From Caecitellus pseudoparvulus (lineage: Eukaryota > Protista > Bigyra: Bicosoecida), in NCBI GenBank assembly GCA_965644315.1, contig CBFFRQ010000040.1, forward strand, positions 62,001 to 126,000: a stretch of 64,000 nt of DNA, written 5' to 3'. The position numbers and the translations under genes are program-made. The notes beneath the pieces are model-generated. The model had not been told where the DNA came from, searched no databases, and saw nothing but the letters and a program-made list of their open reading frames with translations. Below, one piece after another: positions 9,601-19,061 of the stretch. Position 1 is the first letter of the stretch. The number at the start of each line of letters is the position of its first letter.

Positions 9601-11466
9601 CTGGCCACCGGCAGTGGACCCCTGCCCAAGAGCAACACCACCACGCCGGGGTCCGTGAGCGCCGCCTCTGCCGCGGCAGCCGCTGCAGCGGAGTACGCCC
9701 ACGTCTCCATCCTGCCACCCGGGCCCCTGGCTGAGACAGGTGTCTTTTCTTCCCGCCCCGGTGTCATCCGCGCCACCCTGCGGCCGGACGGCACGGTGTC
9801 CCTGGAGTCCCTGTCGCATGGGGCCTCCCTCATCACCGTGTGGACGCCGCGCAGCCAGCTGGTGGGCGGCAGTCGCCTGTACACGGAACAGGCCGACTCG
9901 GCAGAGGCCGAGGTCATGTTCCTGGCAGCCTGCCACCCCGACGCCATGCTGGGGCTGAGCGAGGCAGCCGTGCAGGCGGCGTGTGCGCCGCCCCCCGCCA
10001 AGGCCACGGCACCTGGGGCCCTATCCGCCTTCGCAGTGGTGCGGTCCAGCACTGTGCTGCAGCCCCACGACGCGGTGGAGATCGTGCAGGGATCGCGCCT
10101 TCGTGTGCGCATCGTGGACGCCGCCACCGCCGCCGCCCCAACACAATGGGCCACCAGCGACGACGCCGTGGCCACTGTGTCCGGGGGCCTGGTACATGCC
10201 CACACGCCGGGCGTGGCGGAGGTGTCCGTCACCGCAGATTTGGGCAGCCGGTACGTGACGTCTACGCTGGTGGTGACGGTGGTGCCGCTCACGTCAGCGG
10301 CAGCGTCTTGGTCTGATGTTGCGGCGGGGGCAGAGGTGGGGGGGGAGACACCCCCCCTTGCCGTCCCCCTGGCGCCCCCCACCGGCGGCCCCCTCATGCT
10401 GGCCTGGATCACAGTGCAGGTGCAGGCTGCAGGGGGCCTGAGCGTCCTGCCCCCTAACGCAGCCCTGGACAGCCAGCTGGACCAGGGGGTGCGCTTCCGC
10501 TGTGTCCTGCCCCCGGACACCACCCCGGACCTGGTGGCCCTGCCCGTGGGCCCCGGCGCCCTGTACACGCCCCAGCACCAGGCCATCCGAAACGCAGCAG
10601 AGGACGCCGTGCAGGCTGGCATGCCGGCTGGCCAGTCGGGGTGCGCCATCCTCCTCCTGGGGGGGGCCGTGTCCCCCCGCCTTCACAAGGCAGCACCCCT
10701 CCTCGGCCCCGTGCCCACACTGGATGCGCCACGCACCCTGCAGGTGCGTGTGGAGGCTGGGCACCTGGGCGCAGACGGCAGCGTGGACTTCAGTCGGCGC
10801 GGAGGGGCCGTGCGACACAAGATCGCGCGTTCCGTCCGTGTGGAGCCTGCCGTCCGCCCCGTGGACGTCTCCTCAGGCATCGCCCTGGCCCTGCCCCGGG
10901 GGCACCTGCTGCTGTCGTCCACCATGCCCACCGTCACCCTGGCAGTGTACGGCGACATGCAGGGGGCAGCTGCCAGCAGCTCAGACGACCGAGTGTCCGT
11001 GACGCTGAAGCCAGCCCTGTCGGGGCAGCGGGAGGGGGGCGAGGGCCCCCTGCCGCCCTCGGCGTACTTGACGGTGTCTGTGAACACCACCCGGGCTTAT
11101 GGCCCGTTCCACGTGGCAGGTGCAGTGCGCCTGACGCAGCCTGGCGCCCACGCCACGCTCCTGCACGTGGCCTTCGAACCGGAGGGATCTGTGTCAGCCT
11201 TCCAGGGGGAGGCGGAGGAGGAGGGCGAGGGTGGCGAGGGGGGCTTCCCTGAGCAGGCCCTGTGGACGGGCGTCGTGGGGCTGCTGGTCCTCCTGGCTGT
11301 GGGGCTATGGAGTCCCCTCCGACGTGGAGCATTGGCTGCGGACGCCACTGCCACGGGGGGTAGCCCACCAACGTCACCTGCTGCAACAGGCGTTGACGGT
11401 GTCGGCACAGGGGACAGCGGCGCTGCGGACCCACTGCAAGGGGATGCCTTGCTGGGGGGCTGGTGA
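3610..11466 (+). CDS. NUP210: Nuclear pore membrane glycoprotein gp210/Nup210-like (signal peptide, Ig-like repeats, single C-terminal TM); probable in-frame intron 3911-4006
   Basis: Signal peptide MAKSVLATALALCAA. SLLLPY...WQSTNTSVISV and VTAIDSQGNTFSTLQGLPFHW match gp210 N-terminal motifs. Ig-like W.S.N/D..VA.V repeats. TM ALWTGVVGLLVLLAVGLW. Confidence 0.75.
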   Translation: MAKSVLATALALCAACTLPWQVAGIAKISEQSLLLPYRSGPHSLQYSLSASREEWAWQSTNTSVISVSTPAPGGKSSEVNVTVIADTKQRAFAMVEARRGGAWRRRRLASVLNGAWCEHAPPRTRSHAPPCAVHELSCDVNVGVLHRLTVRTVSEFVYVGQEERVEVTAIDSQGNTFSTLQGLPFHWQVDLPDRLALTRLSEQNTMEVTPARRHVEESSGAFSDSVLLTGLTPGIVTVSAKASDAAYDSLPAAVTRITVKEHLRVVPREQDGPTCVVPGTAGRLGLQRVQATRTNVTLPSVNFRWSTPDTQVGQVHPTLGAFRIHPNSAGSRVVVSVSDRRLPEEEGASTALLVRDPTHVTIGMYAVSAPAQDGIRPLPVPPILQASNRLLCAQADSVAPGSPAYTGSPDAAPDVDELLPPTCTNVVSGDGTPWPVVAGAVYELHLGLEVAGTACSVWLGDNVAFDVAVSSKGGADPPPVRFLSSDVVELGAGVVMPSQWTSHPSGFAHHAAPAPVTESHSSAELAAAQQACGAAPATSSNASVVRGTGRVLRFVACATGALRIRVDTRIVKAPPLPPSELPGHPLDAPVQAKERLEPGHGAVLGKAMEGVYRSAAVAAGAAGDAVWTWEGGSRLDSLVGEVQVLAPVDIAHPALPMVLLRPGGVAPATTYTAFPSGGSGQFAFGVPSRGLLAGAVPAATALVQPSADSELVEDASTAMLVSEVTDPFNAIVMPVVLALPAALSPLPSALEVRVGDRLSVAVGAVTRSGRGFTNCSTLANPLSWDIQTVQRGAQHSSTWGVSGAPAAPGGDVGQVLEPEVFSTAWQDYPEQESVPEPWTTYNAPPATADALWATVGGVPSAACGAVWVQGLAPGLTEVVATLDTLQSTVHVGVGMPLRLAHPWSPALPAEAPLLTTAPTPGHAGVYAEMESPAGMQVQPAALRWRWANTRTAHTLLLPVGAASCVVLEGGMTGQGGVGALPPTARTVRATHSVVQGALDGISVQWTSQEHSAGAAALSVFHLFVQCPQKEAGPVLLRLDVQATSAEAGVNVTDSVYTTLHCARPASVRPRLVRPDAQWHEWGAALFEPFASSHAADATFQGVPRAEQVAIQGVPFVFDPPAALGAAHNSQSRYAGADFDAATSSVLLLQPPAQADGSPRHQVYGVSVDLYSASQPPVRFASSFGWSVNISAGVGDIPLLPFPAPAAAPSSQSPAATCAALQRVYGLTPDYASSIKQHCPAEGLAELGSPALPSCGAGRVPPTAPAAMGRQLAEGGVLSGSTLAAVAVPDVSAGRLEPLRLALRATPLTPAAGTDALQHTATLGAAPRLDVTGADTAAADSSVGELSTHLWVFQHPRHLVTLPCHSGSGAAVWKWASASVPPADTSAQAVWPLTLSGSSSAVPQLASELLPTPRAERVWSRHAGYCRDPDAFAGAGQLDVRGVEQAGSATRLLAHSAGSLDATCRDIGLEASVVGRRPCMHVRRLQVTVAPAGGVSIFAQQMLHAAAETPLHLFALPVGRAPADGSREAAAAAAFPAWQEGAMRVTWSITNPSVLEVVSTPGVDGAGRPITTHTVRANRVGTATVVATIENCVVLPVARRGAPSDCPLPPAQDCSVVTSNALTFTVFPGLALMPKRVALLPSASLTLQGTAGPDAGDQAGMLWSSSNTTAVAVSANGTVTALAVGWATVTCTVLGTSPSGERIVLDSAAATVDVAVPTALAIHADSRRVLAKQGTRLSLRSSRGMSALSLHGVGVNASWAPRAPGLRLVHPPFSGGLFTGADLSAASQWVLAGDVASPTLVPVEVNVTLLTTATPFTPALTLRFTATHTVHVVPRLRLVAPLPAAPLFGRTTGEEAAAPPTTVPCPASVCLLQLVSGSTVQFDFNLPLAELVFAVHSVEHAGMAVTSLTQSGWAALTWGQGESIVTVSHSTSRQHIRLHIIAARPAALALSGPGMVQSAADSHHRLVVLSAAGAPLALGTGVWTGLAGEPPTGPSSTTLATGSGPLPKSNTTTPGSVSAASAAAAAAAEYAHVSILPPGPLAETGVFSSRPGVIRATLRPDGTVSLESLSHGASLITVWTPRSQLVGGSRLYTEQADSAEAEVMFLAACHPDAMLGLSEAAVQAACAPPPAKATAPGALSAFAVVRSSTVLQPHDAVEIVQGSRLRVRIVDAATAAAPTQWATSDDAVATVSGGLVHAHTPGVAEVSVTADLGSRYVTSTLVVTVVPLTSAAASWSDVAAGAEVGGETPPLAVPLAPPTGGPLMLAWITVQVQAAGGLSVLPPNAALDSQLDQGVRFRCVLPPDTTPDLVALPVGPGALYTPQHQAIRNAAEDAVQAGMPAGQSGCAILLLGGAVSPRLHKAAPLLGPVPTLDAPRTLQVRVEAGHLGADGSVDFSRRGGAVRHKIARSVRVEPAVRPVDVSSGIALALPRGHLLLSSTMPTVTLAVYGDMQGAAASSSDDRVSVTLKPALSGQREGGEGPLPPSAYLTVSVNTTRAYGPFHVAGAVRLTQPGAHATLLHVAFEPEGSVSAFQGEAEEEGEGGEGGFPEQALWTGVVGLLVLLAVGLWSPLRRGALAADATATGGSPPTSPAATGVDGVGTGDSGAADPLQGDALLGGW

Positions 11467-11702
11467 GCAGTGTCCTGGCCTGGAGCTGAGGAGCCTGCGA
11501 AGGAGGCGGCAGCAAGCCTGTGCCAGCAGGCACGTGGGCGCACCGGGCACTTTTCAACACACAGCACGCCTGTCAGTGCCCCACCACGCAGCACGTCGAC
11601 CCCGCACGGCCGGCAGTGAATGCACGCCCTGAAGCACGCCGGCGCCCGCCAGCCACCACTCGCCGCAGTCACGTGTGCCAGCTGTTCCAGCCCACCGTCA
11701 CC

Positions 11703-14700
11703 ATGGCTGCCGCCACCTCCACCTACGTGAGGGGGGAAAGCGACATCTTCGAGTACCTGACCAGCACGCTGAAGGAGCGCATCATGATCATTGATGGCGC
11801 CATGGGCACCATGATCCAGGTGTGTGACACAACGCTCACGCAAGGTTTGCATTTTCCGCACCTCCGCACTTCTGGCCGCCATGACGCTGCCTCGCAGAAG
11901 CACAAGCTGGGGGAGGCAGAGTACCGCGGAGAGCGCTTCGCTGACTACTCCATGGACGTCAAGGGCAACAACGACTTGCTGTCCCTGACGCAGGTGCGTG
12001 CGCTGACGTGTGGCGCATGGCCGCTTCACCTGTGCACTTCGCTCTGCCGTGTCCGCTGCGCAGCCCGACATCATCTACAACATCCACAAGCAGTACCTGG
12101 AGGGCGGAGCTGACATCGTGGAGACCAACACATTCAGCGGCACCACCATCGCCCAGGCTGACTACAAGATGGAGGACTTGGTGTACGAGATGAACAAGGT
12201 GCGTTGCGCAGCAGAGGCCAAGGCGCCCCGCTTGCCCCACCGCCGACGCCCTGGGCCCGCACAGAAATCCGCCGAGCTGGCACGAAAGGCGTGCGATGAC
12301 GTCATGGCTGCAGACCCCAGCCGCCCTCGCTTCGTGGCCGGCGCCATGGGCCCCACGAACCGCACCGCCAGCATCTCGCCTGACATGAACGACTCGTCAG
12401 CGCGAAACGTCACGTTTGACGAGCTGGTGACAGCGTACCTGCAGGCGGCGCGGGCGCTGGTGGACGGCGGCGCCGACATTCTCATGGTGGAGACTATTTT
12501 CGACACCCTCAACGCCAAGGCGGCGCTGTACGCCATCCAGGAGCTGTTCGAGGAGATGGGCCGCCGCCTGCCAGTGTTCGTGTCGGGCACCATCACCGAC
12601 CAGTCAGGGCGCACGCTGTCCGGGCAGACGACCGAAGCGTTCTACGTCTCCATCGCCCACGTGAAGCCTTTCGCCGTGGGGCTGAACTGCGCCCTGGGCG
12701 CCAAGCAGATGCGACCCTTCATCGAGCGCCTGTCCAACACCGCAGACTGCTTCGTCTTCGCGTACCCCAACGCGGGCCTGCCCAACAAGATGGGCGAGTA
12801 CGACGACACGCCTGCCCAGATGGCGGAGGACGTGAAGGACTTCGCCGACGCGGGCTTCCTGAACCTGGCCGGCGGCTGCTGTGGCTCCACGCCGGCGCAC
12901 ATCGCCGCTGTGGCTGGCGCCATGGCCAAGTGCGCGCCCCGAACGTGGACGTCCCCCGAGCCAGTCATGCGCCTGAGCGGGCTGGAGGACCTGACCGTCA
13001 CCAAGGAGCGCCTGAACTTCATGAACGTCGGCGAGCGCTGCAACATCGCCGGCAGCATCCGCTTCAAGAAGCTCATCCTGGCGGGCAAGTTCGACAAGGC
13101 CATGGAGGTGGCACGGAAGCAGGTGGAGGACGGCGCGCAGGTGCTGGACATCAACGTGGACGACGGCATGCTGGACGGCATCGCGGCCATGCGCAAGTTC
13201 CTGAACATCGCCTGCACTGAGCCGGACATCTGCAAGGTGCCGTTCATGGTGGACTCGTCCAAGTTCGAGATCGTGGAGGCGGGGCTGAAGTGCGTGCAGG
13301 GCCGCTGCATCGTGAACTCCATCTCCCTGAAGGTGGGGCAGGAGGAGTTCCTGCGTCAGGCGCGCATCGTGCAGAAGCACGGCGCCGCCGTCGTGGTCAT
13401 GGCCTTCGACGAGGAGGGGCAGGCTGCGACGCGGGATGAGAAGATCCGCATCTGCGCCCGGTCCTACGACCTGCTGGTGGGCGAGCTGGACTTCCCGCCC
13501 TACGACATCATCTTCGACCCCAACATCCTCACCATCGCCACGGGCATGGAGGAGCACAACCGGTACGCTCTGGACTTCATCGAGGCCTGTGCCGCCATCA
13601 AGAAGCGTTGCCCCGGCTGTAAGATCTCTGGCGGCGTCTCCAACCTGTCCTTCGGCTTCCGCGGCGTGAACGTCATCCGCGAGGCCATGCACAGCGTGTT
13701 CCTGTACCACGCCATCGCCGCAGGCATGGACATGGGCATTGTGAACGCCGGGCTGCTGGAGGTGTACGACGACATCCCCACCGACCTGCGGGAGCTGGTG
13801 GAGTCGGTGGTGCTGTGCACGGGCGGACCCGACGCCGTGGAGCGCCTGCTGGAGCGGGCTGAGGAGGAGCGCGCCAAGCTGGAGGCTGCCAAGGCCGCTG
13901 GCGGGGGCAAGGCGGTGGTGAAGAAGACTGCTTGGCGCGAGGCGGATGTGGAGGAGCGCCTGCGGCATTCCCTGGTGAAGGGCATCCCTGACTGGGCGGA
14001 GGCGGACGCAGAGGAGGCGCGGGTGAAGTACGGACGCCCCCTCAGCGTGATCGAAGGCCCCCTCATGGACGGCATGAACGTGGTTGGGGACCTGTTCGGG
14101 TCGGGGAAGATGTTCCTGCCGCAGGTCATCAAGTCCGCCCGTGTCATGAAGAAGGCCGTGGCGTACCTCATCCCCTTCATGGAGGAGGAGAAGCGCCTGG
14201 CGCTGGAGGCCAGCGGCAAGGTCGCGGACGAGGACGACGACTCCATGTACGCGGGCAAGGTGCTGCTGGCGACGGTGAAGGGGGATGTGCACGACATCGG
14301 CAAGAACATCGTCGGCGTCGTGCTGGGCTGCAACAACTACAAGGTCATCGACATGGGCGTCATGGTGCCGTACGACAAGATCCTGGCCAAGGCGCAGGAG
14401 GAGCGCGTGGACGTCGTGGGCCTGTCCGGCCTCATCACGCCATCCCTGGACGAGATGGTGACGGTGGCCCGTGAGATGCGGGCGGCAGGCCTGAAGCAGC
14501 CCCTGCTCATCGGCGGCGCCACCACCAGCCGCATGCACACGGCGGTGAAGATCGCGCCGCAGTTCGAGACGCCAGAGCACCCCGTCGTGCACGTCCTGGA
14601 CGCCTCGCGATCTGTGGTCGTGGTGTCCTCCCTCCTGGACAAGGACACCGCCAAGCGTGACGGGTACGTGTTCGACCACCTGGAGGAGTACGAGGAGATG

Positions 14701-15786
14701 CGGCAGGACCACTACGCGTCTCTGGAGAGCCGCAGCTACCTGTCCCTGGACAAGGCCCGCTCCAAGGGCCTGAAGGTGGACTGGGCCAACCGGCCCTCCC
14801 CCCCGCCCGTCCCCGCCAGCCCCGGCATCACCACCCTGGACGACGAGGACATCGCCAGCCTGCTGGAGTACATTGACTGGAACCCCTTCTTCCAGACCTG
14901 GGAGCTGCGCGGCAAGTACCCCAACCGCGGGTACCCCAAGATCTTCAACGACGCCGATGTGGGCGAGGAGGCGAAGAAGCTGTACGACGACGCGCAGGCC
15001 ATGCTGGCCCGCATCATCTCGGAGAAGTGGCTCACAGCCAAAGGCGTCGTGGGCATCTTTCCCGCCAACGCCGTGGGGGACGACGTGGAGGTGTACATGT
15101 CCAACGTGAAGCGTGACGAGCCAGCCGCCACCTTCTGCATGCTGCGCCAGCAGGTGGAGAAGGAGACGGAGGAGCCCTTCATGTGCCTCGCTGACTTCGT
15201 CGCGCCCAAGGACAGCGGCGTGAAGGACTACCTGGGCGCCTTCGCAGTCAGCGTCTTCGGCGCAGAGGCCAAGTGTGCGGAATTTGAGGCTGACCTGGAC
15301 GACTACAACAAGATCCTGCTGCAGGCCCTGGCAGACCGCCTGGCTGAGGCGTTTGCTGAGAAGCTGCATGCTGACATGCGCCGGGAACTGTGGGGGTATG
15401 CCCCCGACGAGAGCCTGGATGCCAGTGACATGCTGCGTGTGAAGTACCAGGGCATTCGGCCGGCGCCTGGCTACCCCTCCCAGCCGGACCACACGGAGAA
15501 GCGCACCATGTGGGACCTGCTGCAGGTGGAGGAGTTGACGGGCATCAAGTTGACAGACAGCCTGGCCATGCAGCCCGCCTCGTCCGTGTCTGCGCTGGTC
15601 TTCGCCAACCCCGAGTGCAGCTACTTCTCCCTGGGCAAGATCGGGAAGGACCAGGTGCAGGACTACGCCGCGCGCAAGGGCACGTCTGTGGAGGAGGTGG
15701 AGCGCTGGCTGAGGCCGAACCTGAACTACGAGCCGGAGGTGCCTGCGGCGGGGTCTGCCGCGGCCACGGCGGCTGGTGCCCAGTGA
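11703..15786 (+). CDS. MTR: Cobalamin-dependent methionine synthase; exons 11703-11819, 11898-11993, 12064-12198, 12265-15786
   Basis: [33 protein letters not shown], the B12-binding motif [17 protein letters not shown], and the activation domain [17 protein letters not shown]. Three GT-AG introns (78, 70, 66 nt). Confidence 0.97.
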
Positions 15787-16017
15787 AGCGGCTGGTGCCG
15801 GGGGCGGGACAATGCAAGTGTGATGAGTAAGGTGGTTGACCCGCCTGGGGGCGCGGGCAGGCGGTGGGCTGGTGCGTTGCGCGTGGAGCATTCGTTTCTC
15901 AACGCGTGCCAATTCCCAACACACCCTCGCCGCACGGGAGCCTGTGCTGGGAGCTGCTGTTGTGCATGTCTCCCCTCTTGTCCCCTACGACGCCCCTTGG
16001 AAGGGCGGCAGCGCGCC

Positions 16018-18938
16018 ATGGCAGCGCGCGGCGCAGGCGGTGCCGGCAGACACACGCCAGGTCGGCAGAGCACGCCAGGCAGCCAGCGTGGGCCGAAACG
16101 TGCGAAGCGCTGGTGCAGGCGCCGCCCACGCGTGGCATCGCACGCGCTGTCCCCCGCCCCGGCACAGATGAAGATGTGATTGGCAGCTTCAAGGGCGCCC
16201 TGTACAAGCGCAAAGACTTCCTCGGGAAGGAGGAAGCTGGTGCGTGGGCGCTGGTCAAAAACCGCAGGCTCCCGCGCAGCCTCGGCACCCGGCGCACACA
16301 CCGGCCCCTGTGCACAGCCAAGCTGCACCCTGGTCGGACGTACTACTACCGCAAGCATGTGGACGTGGATCGCCTTGTGGATGTCTGCTCGCGCACGGTA
16401 CGGCCCAGCCCCCGCTGCCCTGCGCCATCAACGTCCGCCACACGCAGCTCGCCTGCCCTCCCGCCGCCGCCACAGCTCAAGAGCATGCCAAACAACTACA
16501 AGGTGCGTCCATATCATGTTGCAGTGGGGTGCAGCTACAGCGGTCGAGTGAAGGCGCCTGCGTGGCCCGCTTTCACCCTTTGGCTGTGCTGCAACGGGTG
16601 AACCTTGCAGCTCACTTTCCCGGCACGCCCCGCACTGGCGCCCCCCTCGGCACACAGGCCCTGTCCATTCGAGCCAGCTGCTACATGAAGAAGAAACAGT
16701 ATGCAGAGGCTGTTTTGGATTACAACTGCGTCGTGGAGCAGGCGCCAGATGTGGGTGGCGCCGCGCGTGCCAAACGCAGGTTGCAAGCGATGCTGGCACC
16801 ACACCTCCCGCTCACACTGCCTGCCTGCACAGAACGTCCCGGCCATGTACACACGGGGGCTGGCCCTGGAGAAGTTGGGGCGTGCCGATGAAGCCATTGC
16901 AGACTTCTCACGTGTCCTGGAGCTGGAGCCGTCTCACGTCAACGCAGCGTACAGCCGTGCTGCGTGCTATAACCGCAAAGGGCTGTTCTCGCAGGCCATC
17001 GAAGACTACAAGGTCGCCCTGAGCAAGGACAAGGCGAAGGCCGCCACGTCCCCCGTGCTGGCGTCTCCCGCTCAGCTGCGGAAGGGCTCTTTCCTCCTCG
17101 GCGCTGACAAGTATGTGCAGATGCGTGAGGCTGAGGCGCGGGATCAGCTGGCTCGCGGCAGCACACCCCTCGCCACGCCAGGCGGCAAGCCCCCTCTGCC
17201 CAGCCGAGGTGCAACAGTCGTGCACATGGATTCGGCAGCCAAGCGGCTGTTTGCTGACGGCGGCGACGTGGATGGGCGCGGGCCCAGCCGTGGCGGCATG
17301 GCATCTCCGCCTGGGTCGCCTGCAGGCATGCCGGGGGGGCCGCCGCCACTGCACGATGACAAGTCGGGCAGTGCACGGCCACCTGCCGTCCCGTCTGCCA
17401 AGGCCCCCCTGCGCACGACGGGCGCCACAGGCGGGGAGGGCACCCCGGCCAGCCCCCCCTCCCCCACCCCTCGCCACGCTGTGGCCGGCGCACGAGCCTT
17501 TGGCTTCAACGACACACCAGCCAAGGCAGGCGCAAGGCGGCCCGGCCCCACGGCCTCGGGGGGGCCAGAGACCAGCCGTGTCCTGCACCAGGCCCCCTCG
17601 CGCCAGGAGCAGAAGGCGGCTGCGCCAGCCGCGTCAAGCCAGGCGGCAGCGCCAGCAGGGGCGGGGCGGGCGGCAGCTGAGCAGCACCACGCCCGGGGCT
17701 TCGCAGCACGCAAACGGGGTGATTTCCCGGCTGCCATCGCGGCGTACACGGAAGCCATCGAGGCCGACCCGTCCTACTTCAAGGCGTGGTTCAACCGGGG
17801 CTTTGCACAGGACAAGCTGCGGAAATTCGACGCAGCCATCGCAGACTACACTGCTGCCTTGCGTGTGAACCCAGACAACGCGTACTGCCACTACAACCGT
17901 GGCATTTCCTACGACCGTTCTGGGCAGTACGAAGAGGCCATCGCGGACTTCTCCCGGGCCATGGAGCTGCTGCCTGGGCAGGCAGACTTTGCGCACAACC
18001 GTGGCTTCTGCCACCGCAAGCGAGGGGACTTTGCCGCAGCCATCGCAGACTACACGCGTGCCCTGGAGTTGAACCCGCGCCACTTTAAGGCCCTGTACAA
18101 CCGTGCCTTCAGCCATGACCGCCTAGGGCAGCTGGAGGAGGCGCTGGCAGACTACACCGCCGCCATGGGCATTGACAGCGCCAACCCCAACACCTTCCTG
18201 AACCGCGGCACGACGCTGGAGAAGCTGGGGCGCCTGGAGGAAGCCATCGCGGACTTTGCCAAGGCCATTGCATTGGACCCTGCCTCTGCCGTCGCTCGCA
18301 ACGCGCGTGGCCTGGCCCTGGACCGTGCGGGAGACCGGGAGGCCGCGTTGGAGGACTTCAACGCAGCGTGCAGCGCTGACCCGGCCAACGGCGTCTTCCA
18401 CCACAACCGGGGCTTCTGCCTGCGCAACTTGGGGCGCTTCCAAGACGCCATCGCCGCGTACTCGGCGGCACTGGAACGGGAGCAGACGCCTGCGGCGCTG
18501 AACAACCGCGGGTATGCGTGGCGGAAGCTGGGTCGCTTCGACGCCGCCATCGCAGACTACACGGCTTCCCTGGCCCTGGACCCGACCAACCTGAAGACGT
18601 ACAACAACCGGGCGTACTGCTACGCAAAGACAGGCGCGTACGACGCCGCCATCGGGGACTACTCACAGGTCATCGCTCGAGACCCGACGTCGGCGCACGC
18701 GTTCCACAACCGCGGCATTTCCAACGACAAGCTGGGCCGCTTCGAGGACGCCATCGCCGACTTCACCAAGGTGCTGGAGCTGGACCCCTCCAATGCCAAC
18801 GCCTACTTCAACCGAGGCAGCACGCATGACTCCATGGGGCAGTACGACGCCGCCATCGCGGACTACACCCGAGCGTTGGATTTGGACCGGCACATCTCCG
18901 CTCGCAGCGGCGGCGGCGGCGGGGGAGGTGCTGAATAG
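16018..18938 (+). CDS. Multi-TPR protein; introns 16100-16167, 16240-16317, 16398-16475, 16503-16657, 16751-16832
   Basis: About 3 N-terminal and 12 C-terminal canonical TPRs (NRG....LG....AIADY..AL..P) separated by a Pro/Ala/Gly linker. GT-AG introns join the TPRs in frame. Start codon is tentative. Confidence 0.75.
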
Positions 18939-19061
18939 TTTGTGTTTCGCTGGCGTGCAAACTGTCGCTCATGAGTTGCTTGTGTTGCGTGTTCTGGTGA
19001 GGAGGCTGCGTGGCGCCCGCCGCCCGTTCCGTCTGTGTATAGTTCAATGCAGTGCCCTCTG

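Noticed and set aside
1-11466. Functional cluster of nuclear transport and ribosome biogenesis genes (IPO5, NSA2, gp210)
   Set aside because: Housekeeping genes are dense here and adjacency alone is weak evidence without synteny data.
12604-15924. 1106-aa antisense ORF over MetH, and similar shadow ORFs throughout
   Set aside because: Expected from extreme GC3 codon bias of the sense gene; no recognisable motifs.
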